From Candidatus Kapaibacterium sp. (GTDB lineage Bacteria; Bacteroidota; Ignavibacteria; Palsa-1295), in assembly GCA_025450975.1 (NCBI GenBank), contig JANWLI010000191.1, positions 1 to 32,466 on the forward strand: a DNA stretch of 32,466 nt, given 5' to 3'. A program made the position numbers and the translations under genes. Shown here piece by piece: positions 25,078-32,466 of this stretch (position 1 is the stretch's first letter; each line of letters opens with the position of its first letter). The notes beneath the pieces were generated by a model. That model saw only the letters and a list, made by a program, of their open reading frames with translations, did not search any database and was not told the DNA's origin.

Positions 25078-25305
25078 TTACACGGCAACCGGATAGACTA
25101 CGTCGTTACGGAGCGCCTGCGCGGCAAAATCGAGTGCGGCGGAAATATCTTCTTTCGTAAGTTTTGGATAGGAGGACAGGATGGCGTCCACAGTCTCGCC
25201 ATCGGCAAGCTTTTCGAGAATAAGCTCGACGGGGATCCGCGTACCGCGAATGGTCGGCTTTCCGAAAAGGATGTTTGGGTCAGATACGATGCGAGGTGTA
25301 TCCAT
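25078..25305 (-). CDS. DUF433-family small protein (antitoxin-like, HTH)
   Basis: IVSDPNILFGKPTIRGTRIPVELILEKLADGET...ILSSYP.LT.EDI.AAL.FA is the characteristic DUF433 pattern. 75 aa. Confidence 0.8.
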   Translation of the reverse strand: MDTPRIVSDPNILFGKPTIRGTRIPVELILEKLADGETVDAILSSYPKLTKEDISAALDFAAQALRNDVVYPVAV

Positions 25306-25355
25306 TTAATCTATAGTACAAAGATGGCGGGCAAACAGTTTTCGGGGAGCGGGTG

Positions 25356-25396
25356 GGGGCGGGGGTCGGACGTTCGGGCGTACGGGCGTTCGGTGG
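25356..25396. repeat. G-rich octamer-type repeats (gggcgttc family)
   Basis: gggggcgggggtcggacgttcgggcgtacgggcgttcggtgg. Confidence 0.75.
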
Positions 25397-25418
25397 TGTG
25401 GATATAGGCGGGGTGGGT

Positions 25419-25460
25419 GATTTAAGATGTAAGATGTAAGATTTAAGAGTAATGCGGGGA
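25419..25460. repeat. Heptamer array gatttaa/gatgtaa/gatgtaa/gatttaa + gagtaatgcgggg tail
   Basis: Direct reading. A near-identical module lies at 28799-28844. Confidence 0.8.
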
Positions 25461-25483
25461 GTCGTATAGTGAGGCGTATCTGC

Positions 25484-25515
25484 TAACGACTAAAGACTGG
25501 CGACTAACGACTGGC
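25484..25515. repeat. Heptamer array taacgac/taaagac/tggcgac/taacgac
   Basis: Direct reading. A second copy lies at 26962-26995. Confidence 0.8.
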
Positions 25516-25516
25516 A

Positions 25517-25590
25517 GTGTGGGCTCCGCGGTTGTGTTGAACACTGACCCTCACCCCGGCCCTCTCCCTCTGATGAGGGCGAGGGGGTGT
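25517..25590. repeat. REP-like ~72-bp element, copy 1 (gtgtgggctccgcggttgtgt ... ccctctccctc-tgat-gagggcgaggg)
   Basis: Near-identical to 25616-25688 and 26996-27068. Contains an 11-bp stem hairpin with one T.C mismatch. Confidence 0.85.
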
Positions 25591-25615
25591 TGGGCTACGC
25601 CATTTGCGCGCGCCG

Positions 25616-25688
25616 GTGTGGGCTCCGCGGTTGTGTGAACTCTGACCCTCACCCCGGCCCTCTCCCTCTGATGAGGGCGAGGGGGTGT
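25616..25688. repeat. REP-like ~72-bp element, copy 2
   Basis: Tandem to copy 1, with a 25-nt spacer that itself starts with a partial tgggct(a/c)cgc head. Confidence 0.85.
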
Positions 25689-25713
25689 GTGCGCTCCGCA
25701 GTCTTTTCGTTTT

Positions 25714-26865
25714 TTATCGTACTACTACTTTTGCTGCTTTGAGGCCGGTGGGTGTGGCTAGTTTAGCCAGGTAGATGCCGGGGGATAGTTTGGGGAGCGC
25801 GAATCTTTGGCCGCGGTGGGTTTTGGTTTGCAGGATCTCCGTGCCGGTGGCGGTGAAGAGCGTGAGCGTTGCGTCGTCGTCGATGATCAGATGATCGGTT
25901 GCCGGGTTCGGGCGCAGATGGATCGTTGCGATCTCGGCGGCATCCGTCTTGACGGCGAGCGGCACTGAATGCTGCTTGAAGAACGGCCAGAGGATGTCGC
26001 ACAGCGAGATCGGATAGCTGATCGGATTCGGATACTTGTGTTCGAGTCCTTTGAAGAGCAGGTAGTCGAACTCCCAGCCAGCGGTCGCGGCGAGTGTATT
26101 GAACTTGTAGCGAAGCACGAGCGCCGTCGAATCTTTCGTGAAGGTTTCGCCGAGGCCGAGGACGCCGAGATATTTGCCGATGAGTCTGCGGTGGATCGCC
26201 AGCGACGTGTCGTTGAACGGGAATTCGTTATAGCCGTAGTCCTCGCACTGATCGTCGCCGGTGCCGATACTATAGATGAAGGGCATCGGCCGCGCGATGG
26301 CGCCGGAGTCGTTCTCGTTCAAGCCGCCGGCTTGCGCGTGCATCGCCGCGAAGACGTCGCTCATCTCGATGAGCAGCTTCGATACCATGACGCCGCCGCT
26401 CGAAAATCCTGTTGCGTAGATGCGCGCGGCATCGACATTGAGCGCCTGCTTTATCGTATCGATCATGCGGCGGAAGAACGTCACGTCGTTCTTGATATTC
26501 TGTCCCGGACATGCGATGCCGCCACTGAGCTTGCCGCCTGTGACTTCGCCGGTCGCCCACTTCGTAGTGGTAAATGGTCCGTTGCCTTCGTCAACGCAGA
26601 TGCGCTGCGACGATGGGAAGACGGTGATGAACTTCTCCTCTTCGCCTTTTTCTTTCCAGCCGGATGTGTTGTAGAAAACTTCGCCGCTATCTGTGGTGCC
26701 ATGGAGCATGAAGACGACGGGATATCCGCCGGCGGGCGCGGTGCCGCTGGGGATCTGGACGATGAATTCGCGCTCGGCGGAGTCGACGATCATCGTGACA
26801 TCGAGACGCGTTTGGGCCGCGGCGATCGTAGCGAGCGCGGTGAAAAGTACGGCGAGTAGCTTCAT
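25714..26865 (-). CDS. Secreted alpha/beta-hydrolase esterase (PHB-depolymerase/feruloyl-esterase-like) with T9SS C-terminal sorting domain
   Basis: Signal peptide MKLLAVLFTALATIAAAQ. VVFMLHGTTDSG (HG oxyanion region). Nucleophile elbow GFSSGG. The C-terminal ~80 aa ends ...SPGIYLAKLATPTGLKAAKVVVR (Por/T9SS CTD pattern). Confidence 0.65.
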   Translation of the reverse strand: MKLLAVLFTALATIAAAQTRLDVTMIVDSAEREFIVQIPSGTAPAGGYPVVFMLHGTTDSGEVFYNTSGWKEKGEEEKFITVFPSSQRICVDEGNGPFTTTKWATGEVTGGKLSGGIACPGQNIKNDVTFFRRMIDTIKQALNVDAARIYATGFSSGGVMVSKLLIEMSDVFAAMHAQAGGLNENDSGAIARPMPFIYSIGTGDDQCEDYGYNEFPFNDTSLAIHRRLIGKYLGVLGLGETFTKDSTALVLRYKFNTLAATAGWEFDYLLFKGLEHKYPNPISYPISLCDILWPFFKQHSVPLAVKTDAAEIATIHLRPNPATDHLIIDDDATLTLFTATGTEILQTKTHRGQRFALPKLSPGIYLAKLATPTGLKAAKVVVR

Positions 26866-26910
26866 AGCGAAATGCGGTTGTGGGTTAAGCGGCGAAACTA
26901 CGAAAAATTA

Positions 26911-26955
26911 GTGCGGGCGTTCGGGGGTTCGGGGGTTCGGGCGGTCGGTGGGTAG
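26911..26955. repeat. G-rich octamer array (gggcgttc/gggggttc/gggggttc/gggcggtc)
   Basis: gtgcgggcgttcgggggttcgggggttcgggcggtcggtgggtag. Confidence 0.8.
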
Positions 26956-26961
26956 ATAGTT

Positions 26962-26995
26962 CTGCTAACGACTAAAGACTGATGACTAGCGACTT
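26962..26995. repeat. Second copy of the ctgctaacgactaaagact... heptamer module
   Basis: ctgctaacgactaaagactgatgactagcgactt, compared with 25480-25515. Confidence 0.8.
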
Positions 26996-27068
26996 GTGTG
27001 GGCTCCGCGGTTGTGTGGAATGCGACCCTCTCCCCGGCCCTCTCCCTCTGATGAGGGAGAGGGGGTGT
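26996..27068. repeat. REP-like ~72-bp element, copy 3 (perfect 11-bp stem), followed by two extra tg(g)gctccgcgg heads to ~27112
   Basis: gtgtgggctccgcggttgtgtggaatgcgaccctctccccggccctctccctctgatgagggagagggggtgt. Confidence 0.85.
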
Positions 27069-27205
27069 TGGGCTCCGCGGTGTGCTCACCCCTGTGTGTG
27101 GCTCCGCGGTTTGTTTGCGTGAATGAAAATTAACGATATAGATGTCACTCCCGGTGGGGCTGTGGCGTTAGGAGGGTACGTTCATCACTTTATTTGTCTA
27201 AACCT

Positions 27206-27745
27206 ATGAAAATAGCCTATTTTTCCCGTATCGTTGTGGCGCTTATCGCGCTCTTCGTTTCTACCGGTGCTTTTGCGGCCAGTGATTACCTGCTCGAGAT
27301 CGAAGGCATCAAGGGCGAATGTGTCGGCAAGCACATCAAACTTATCGAGCAAGCTGATGGCTCGTTCACGGCTGAGAACATCCCATCTGGCACGTACAAG
27401 CTGATCGCTAAGCCGAATGCTGCCGACGGATCGGTGCGAACTGCGAGCATGTCAAAGCCGCCGGCGGTCTATAACCTGAACTTCGACTGCATCGTCTCGC
27501 CACGCGACCCGGCCAGCGGACAAGCAAGCGGCAAGCGCGACGCTGCTTCCGGACAAGCGACTGGCAAACGCCAACACAAGCCGATGAATATCCAGAAAAA
27601 CAACGTGATCCTTAGTGCCGGTGGCGTATTCATCAGCGAGATCGTTGTCAGCAAAGTACAGGACGACGCAACCGATGACGGCAGCTCGACGGCAAAAGCT
27701 GGTCAGACCGCAGGCTATGACCTGAAGCTGAACAAGAAAATCTAA
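27206..27745 (+). CDS. Secreted hypothetical protein with short internal duplication
   Basis: The ATG at 27206 gives the signal peptide MKIAYFSRIVVALIALFVSTGAFAA. Tandem ASGQA(S/T)GKR units. A strong terminator follows. Confidence 0.5.
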   Translation: MKIAYFSRIVVALIALFVSTGAFAASDYLLEIEGIKGECVGKHIKLIEQADGSFTAENIPSGTYKLIAKPNAADGSVRTASMSKPPAVYNLNFDCIVSPRDPASGQASGKRDAASGQATGKRQHKPMNIQKNNVILSAGGVFISEIVVSKVQDDATDDGSSTAKAGQTAGYDLKLNKKI

Positions 27746-27749
27746 AGTA

Positions 27750-27780
27750 GTGATTAGTGGTTAGGGGCTAGTGATTAGTC
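27750..27780. repeat. Heptamer array gtgatta/gtggtta/ggggcta/gtgatta
   Basis: Direct reading, 5 nt after the stop codon. Confidence 0.8.
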
Positions 27781-27789
27781 CTTGGTCAG

Positions 27790-27817
27790 AAAACGCCGCC
27801 ACTTGAGCGGCGTTTTT
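27790..27817 (+). terminator. Rho-independent terminator
   Basis: 10-bp stem aaaacgccgc/gcggcgtttt, 7-nt loop, T-run 27813-27817. Confidence 0.7.
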
Positions 27818-28047
27818 CGTTACTGGGAATTTGTAAGTTCTTCCGTGAAAATTGCAACAGTCTGGCGAGGTGGGCGTGTAATTTTGTAGTGGTTTTGCCG
27901 TATACCAGAGTAAGCCTCATTAAGCCCCCCATGATAGCGAAGCCAGCCCAACGATTGTTTCTATGATGCTAAGACTAAAACGATTCGGTCTTATCAGATC
28001 ATCATGGCATTAGATTATAACACTGTGGTAAGTGGTGATAATCTAAG

Positions 28048-28080
28048 AAAAGCCCTCTTGTAATGAGAGGGCTTTTTTTA
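28048..28080. terminator. Bidirectional rho-independent terminator
   Basis: Stem agccctct/agagggct (28051-28058 / 28066-28073), flanked by an A-run on the 5' side and a T7 run on the 3' side. Lies ~50 nt downstream of the minus-strand gene ending at 28131. Confidence 0.7.
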
Positions 28081-28118
28081 GTCGATAGTCGATAGTCAAT
28101 AGTCAATAGTTGATAGTC
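28081..28118. repeat. Heptamer array gtcgata/gtcgata/gtcaata/gtcaata/gttgata
   Basis: Direct reading. gtcgatagtc (28081-28090) is the exact inverted copy of gactatcgac (28136-28145), which lies inside the last codons of the TMEM175-like gene. Confidence 0.8.
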
Positions 28119-28130
28119 TGGGACAATTGA

Positions 28131-28769
28131 CTACCGACTATCGACCATCGCCTTCCCGCGATGCAATTTTGCGGCGAATTCTTTCGGTGCTGCGAAGGCT
28201 GCGAATAAGAGTATATTTAAGACGATGGGAAATACGATAGACACGAAGCAAAGACCGAAGGTGGCAAGGTTGTAGAAGATCCCGTATCGATAGATCTTCT
28301 TGTAGGTATAAAAAAACTTCCGGTGCGCCTCGTCGACGAGGTGATTGTTGTAGGCATGACTGCAGATCCTGTCGGCAGCGATGGAGATCAGAACGTAGTT
28401 CAGGCTGAACATGGCGAATGCTGCTTGCGTATCGCGTTCAAGGTACTCGGCGAGCATCGCTGTCGGAAATGGCGTGAGCGTGACGATAAATAAGAGGAAG
28501 CCATTGACCCAGATGAAGCCGGTGTCGCTTCGGGTGATGTACTCGACGGCAACATGATGATTGATCCAGCAGACAAGGATGGTAACGAAGCCGATCGTAA
28601 ATGCGAGAAATGACTTCCAATGATCGAGGATAACCTGCAAGAGGCCTTCGTCGGATTTGACATGCAGAGCGGCGATCAACTCCAACACCAGAAGTGTAAT
28701 CGCGATCGCAAAGACGCCATCGCTGAATGCCTCGATGCGTGCTGTTTCTTTTGCGTTTGAGTTCTTCAT
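28131..28769 (-). CDS. TMEM175-family (DUF1211) potassium channel
   Basis: RIEAFSDGVFAIAITLLVLEL signature in TM1. Six TM segments. ~210 aa. Confidence 0.8.
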   Translation of the reverse strand: MKNSNAKETARIEAFSDGVFAIAITLLVLELIAALHVKSDEGLLQVILDHWKSFLAFTIGFVTILVCWINHHVAVEYITRSDTGFIWVNGFLLFIVTLTPFPTAMLAEYLERDTQAAFAMFSLNYVLISIAADRICSHAYNNHLVDEAHRKFFYTYKKIYRYGIFYNLATFGLCFVSIVFPIVLNILLFAAFAAPKEFAAKLHRGKAMVDSR

Positions 28770-28776
28770 GGGAGGT

Positions 28777-28784
28777 CAAATTTA
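28777..28784 (-). promoter_or_regulatory. Candidate -7 box (minus strand TAAATTTG)
   Basis: TAnnTTTG match only 7 nt upstream of the ATG at 28769, which would imply a near-leaderless mRNA. Confidence 0.2.
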
Positions 28785-28798
28785 CGAAAGTAGGGGCG

Positions 28799-28844
28799 GT
28801 ATGTAAGATGTCCGAGTTAAGATGTAAGAGAGTAATGCGGGTGG
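28799..28844. repeat. Second copy of the taagatgtaagag(a)gtaatgcggg module
   Basis: gtatgtaagatgtccgagttaagatgtaagagagtaatgcgggtgg, compared with 25419-25460. Confidence 0.8.
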
Positions 28845-28910
28845 TAGTCCAGGCAGAGCGTGAAAACGAGTATATTTGTCTTCTCACTTAGCTCGTGGAA
28901 GGGAGTCGTC

Positions 28911-31900
28911 ATGCGTCTTACTACTATGATTTGTGCGCTTGTCGTTGTGGCAGGCGTTGTTTCGGGTTTGCGTGCGCAATGCACGGTTTCTATGCAGGTG
29001 AATCCGCCGTACTCGGTGTATCTGCAGGACTATCTCCAGCATGCGAATCGCTGCGTGATGAGCGTCGGGTTTTCCGGCAACCAGCCACGCGACGTCAAGT
29101 TTCGCATCACGCTTAGCGGTTCGAATGGCGTCGTTATCCGCACGAAAGATTCGTATCAGCCGTCCACACCGTTTCGCGTGCAGCCCGGGCAGACGTATCA
29201 GTTCACGGGGGCGCAGCTACAGCAGGTCATCGATATCGAGCAGCTTGATTTCGCCGGCGTCTCACGCGAGCAGATAACGCGCAGCGGGATGCTGCCGGAA
29301 GGCATCTACCAGTTTTGCGCGCAGGTGCTCGATTACCAGAACGGCCAGGCGATGTCGGAGCCCGCGCCGTCTGGCTGCAGCAATACATTCGAAGTGCGGC
29401 AGTTCGATCCACCGATCATTACGCTTCCGCAGAACGGCGCGCAAATCCGCGAGCGTGACGCCCAGAGTCTGATGGTCGCGTGGATGCCGCCGCCGGGTGC
29501 GCCGGCGCCGATCGAGTATCGCCTGCGTGTTGCCGAAGTTCTTCCCGGACAATCGACACACGATGCGCTTCATAATACATCGACGCTATTTTTCGATAAA
29601 GTTCTCTATGGGACATCGTACAACTGGCTTCCGGGTGACCGCAAACCTGCGGCCGGCAAGAAGTATGGGATGACGGTGACGGCCACGACAACGCCAAGCT
29701 CCAACTTTAAGAATGGCGGCGAAAGTGAAGTGGTGGCATTCGATGTCAAGTTCGAGGATCCTCCGCCGAAAGATACGGCCGTCGGTGGTGGCGGTGGCGT
29801 AGCTGGCGGAGCAGCAGGCGGCGATGGCGGGCAACCGCCGGTCCCATACATCATCAGGATCTATGGCCCACCGCCTGGGGATATAGATTCGGAGAAGTAT
29901 GAACGGTTGTGCATTATCGCCGTCGACGAGGTCAAGGACACGATGGTCGGCGGGCTGCATGATTCGTCGTTCGCGACGGGAAAGAAGATCCGGCGCGACG
30001 ACTACATTCCACTGCGTGCAATAGGTGTTGACTACGACGCCGTGCAGTGGAAGTGTTTGGTCTTCAAGAAGTGCGATGAGTCGGAGGGCAATATCAAATT
30101 GCCGCTCACGAGCCGGGTGCGGTTCGAGTGGAAGATCACGTCTGGCCCGGGAAGTTTCAAGAAACTTGGTGTGCTGCCGGATGGTCTGACAACCGATGCG
30201 GGCGATATGGTTATCTTCGAGCCGCCGTATGTGGCGCAACCGGATTCGGGGAAGATTACAGAGGAGACTACGACGATCACGCTGACGACGATCGACAATA
30301 ATAAGACGCAGATCACCGATCCGCCGACGACGAAGACTGTGACGATCGTGACGCGGCGCAAGTGGGACGCGCAGGATTTTTACTTTGTCGATGTCGAAAG
30401 CGAACGCATCAAGTTGCCGAAGCCACCGGCGGAAGTGAAGCCGAGCGGAACGTGCGTGCCCATCAAGGGCTGGGATAAACCTTCGAAGCTGCCGAAGCCG
30501 GAGATCGTACTGCCGGCAGGAATTCCGAACAATGACAAGCTCGTCTCGGGTCAGTGGATGTTGCTTGCGGCCAAGGACATGCATGAAACCGATCATCTGA
30601 TGATGATCTGCAAATCGCCGTCGTGCACCGGCGAGACAACCGGAAAACCGTACGAAGATAATATCCAATGGGAGTGGCGCATCCTCCGTGGCGGTGGCAA
30701 GCTACTTGCGCATTCGGGGCAGATGGTCGTCTACGAGGCGGGCGAGGTTACCGATGATAAGGGTGTGACGGTGAAGATCGAGGTGAAGGTGACAAATCCG
30801 GAAGGACTGCAGACGAGGGACTTTGTCAATTACGATACGATCGAATTCAAGGCGTATCGTCCGGGCATCGAACTCTCGACACCTCCTGCTGTATGGATAC
30901 CCGGAGCGGACAACACGGTTATGCTTTCGTCACGACTCTTGTACCGTGACGATCAGGAATGGAAGGCAGCCCTTCCACACATGGGGCGCATCATGTTTAG
31001 CGAGCTTGTGCGGACGTCGCATGAGCCGGGCGTATGCACGAACTTCCCGCCGAGGAGTGAGGCCCAGCGGTGCCCCGATCTTGCGATCAATGCGGGTGCG
31101 GATATCGAACTGTGTAATATAGATACGGCGACACCGTGCAAAGAGCCCTTGTATACCGGTGGGCGGTCGAGGAAGCCGTCGCGCACGCAGACGGTGACCG
31201 TGCAGTGCCGAGATTATGGCGCCTATGGCGCGCTCGCTGCCTTTGCCGTTCCGGGCATACATAATGGCAAGGAATGGAGAAAAGAAACACCGTACTATCA
31301 ACAAGTATCGACGTTCGTCCCGCCCAAGCTGGTGAAGAAGAAACTCGTCGAGATCGACAGCAACACCGTGACAATTCCGACCGACAGAAACGGCAATGGG
31401 ATACCCGACGCCGGCTGGAAGGCGCATGATAATGATAAGGTCACCTATAGTGATCGGGCCGATCCCAAGGAGATCGCCAATGACGACGACGAGGAACCAC
31501 CACTCGACAAATACCGCGGCGACGGTCTGACACTCTATGAAGAGTATCGTGGATTTATGATCAAAGGGGGGAAGCATATTCGTACAAATCCGACGATCAA
31601 AGATCTCTTCCTTTTTATGGATGGCGATCTGCCGCTCGACCTATTTATCAGCCTGACAGGCATTAAGCCACATTTCATAACTGAGGACCAGTTCGATGGC
31701 ACCGAATCACGTTTAATCAACGGGAATAAGTTTACACCAAATTGGGACGTATGCGAGCAACGCGGTCTCTGGCTTGTCGATGAAGATCCCGGAAAGGGCC
31801 TTCTGGGAAATACGACGGTGGGTACTATCTCCAGCGCTGCTCCGCCATCCTGGGTATATAAAGTTCAGGTTGGGAAAGCGAAACTTGTCAATTGGTGCGC

Positions 31901-32264
31901 AGAACGTAAAATGACTGATCTCTACGATCAAAAACTCAAGCAGGTTGTCGCGCATGAACTGTGTCATGGATGTAACGTCGCTCATCATGGAGAGGAACCT
32001 GCGGAGGCACCGACGATGAAGCATGGTCTTCGCAGCGGCGATTGGCACTGTATCATGCGTTACGATAACACGGAGGTCGGTCTACCTGAACCCATTGGCA
32101 CGACTCTCTGCACCAGCGGCAGAGGCACCGGGGTCAATGCGAGGAACGGCGGGCAAAGCAGAGGCGATGCACGAAAAGGCCGCGGCGATTGCCAACGGCA
32201 GCTCCGCATTTCCGGACGAAGCAAAGACTATCGGAGAAAAGGCATCGTGCTGGATGCAAAGTAA
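28911..32264 (+). CDS. Large secreted protein with C-terminal metzincin-like zinc-protease motif; 3' end possibly frameshifted
   Basis: The ATG at 28911 gives the signal peptide MRLTTMICALVVVAGVVSGLRAQ. Gly-rich linker VGGGGGVAGGAAGGDGG. HELCHGCNVAH (HExxHxxxxxH spacing, nt 31953-31985), followed by CIMRY. Confidence 0.55.
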   Translation: MRLTTMICALVVVAGVVSGLRAQCTVSMQVNPPYSVYLQDYLQHANRCVMSVGFSGNQPRDVKFRITLSGSNGVVIRTKDSYQPSTPFRVQPGQTYQFTGAQLQQVIDIEQLDFAGVSREQITRSGMLPEGIYQFCAQVLDYQNGQAMSEPAPSGCSNTFEVRQFDPPIITLPQNGAQIRERDAQSLMVAWMPPPGAPAPIEYRLRVAEVLPGQSTHDALHNTSTLFFDKVLYGTSYNWLPGDRKPAAGKKYGMTVTATTTPSSNFKNGGESEVVAFDVKFEDPPPKDTAVGGGGGVAGGAAGGDGGQPPVPYIIRIYGPPPGDIDSEKYERLCIIAVDEVKDTMVGGLHDSSFATGKKIRRDDYIPLRAIGVDYDAVQWKCLVFKKCDESEGNIKLPLTSRVRFEWKITSGPGSFKKLGVLPDGLTTDAGDMVIFEPPYVAQPDSGKITEETTTITLTTIDNNKTQITDPPTTKTVTIVTRRKWDAQDFYFVDVESERIKLPKPPAEVKPSGTCVPIKGWDKPSKLPKPEIVLPAGIPNNDKLVSGQWMLLAAKDMHETDHLMMICKSPSCTGETTGKPYEDNIQWEWRILRGGGKLLAHSGQMVVYEAGEVTDDKGVTVKIEVKVTNPEGLQTRDFVNYDTIEFKAYRPGIELSTPPAVWIPGADNTVMLSSRLLYRDDQEWKAALPHMGRIMFSELVRTSHEPGVCTNFPPRSEAQRCPDLAINAGADIELCNIDTATPCKEPLYTGGRSRKPSRTQTVTVQCRDYGAYGALAAFAVPGIHNGKEWRKETPYYQQVSTFVPPKLVKKKLVEIDSNTVTIPTDRNGNGIPDAGWKAHDNDKVTYSDRADPKEIANDDDEEPPLDKYRGDGLTLYEEYRGFMIKGGKHIRTNPTIKDLFLFMDGDLPLDLFISLTGIKPHFITEDQFDGTESRLINGNKFTPNWDVCEQRGLWLVDEDPGKGLLGNTTVGTISSAAPPSWVYKVQVGKAKLVNWCAERKMTDLYDQKLKQVVAHELCHGCNVAHHGEEPAEAPTMKHGLRSGDWHCIMRYDNTEVGLPEPIGTTLCTSGRGTGVNARNGGQSRGDARKGRGDCQRQLRISGRSKDYRRKGIVLDAK

Positions 32265-32404
32265 TACCATGTGCACGAGAGCCGAGTGTATGAACCATAA
32301 TTCACCGTAACTTTTGTCACCACGACTTCTGCCGGGGCGTTAAGGTCGTACGTTCTTTACTACATTCACGTAAACACCAATCTGCTTATTCTCGGAGACA
32401 CGTT

Positions 32405-32466
32405 ATGAAATTCTTCCTTATTCTCATTTTGCTTGTAGGATTCGGGCAAGCTACGACTGCGCAGGA
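32405..32466 (+). CDS. 5' end of a secreted protein gene (continues beyond window)
   Basis: ATG followed by MKFFLILILLVGFGQATTAQ, a typical signal peptide. Only 20 codons are visible. Confidence 0.35.
   Translation, partial: MKFFLILILLVGFGQATTAQ

Noticed and set aside
26898-27089. 63-aa minus-strand ORF upstream of the esterase gene.
   Set aside because: It is entirely a translation of the G-rich octamers and the REP-like hairpin element.

Overview
This 32.5-kb window comes from a moderately GC-rich bacterial chromosome. It is probably an FCB-group organism (Bacteroidota/Ignavibacteriota-like). That placement is inferred from a T9SS-type C-terminal sorting domain, many lipoprotein signal peptides and TAnnTTTG-like promoter boxes. 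All calls rest on reading the supplied translations and the DNA; no database search was possible. The backbone carries ordinary housekeeping and envelope genes: pssA-psd-purC, an outer-membrane beta-barrel, rlmD, dnaX, a DEAD-box helicase, a flavoprotein, a YeiH-type transporter, a TMEM175-type channel, a secreted esterase and a ~1,100-aa secreted metzincin-like protein. Two sharply AT-rich blocks interrupt it, and neither has an integrase, transposase or tRNA. Island 2 (~19.3-24.5 kb) is the best candidate for an undescribed system. It is a tightly overlapping five-gene operon, dcm ... vsr. The slot normally held by a restriction endonuclease is instead filled by three genes: a MORC-like GHKL ATPase fused to a complete histidine-kinase core, a receiver-like protein, and a small protein with a caspase-like His/Cys pair. 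Island 1 (~9.4-12.75 kb) encodes an 833-aa OLD/PARIS-like ABC-ATPase-TOPRIM nuclease, translationally coupled to two small membrane proteins. Other notable signals: an A9/'A AAA AAG' recoding-type site in dnaX with stops in both alternative frames; an 84-bp palindrome made of 9-bp repeats; a four-helix-bundle (23S-IVS-type) gene bracketed by inverted G-rich repeats; 7-8-bp tandem arrays and ~72-bp hairpin (REP-like) elements in almost every backbone spacer; and a possible frameshift at the 3' end of the large protease-like gene.
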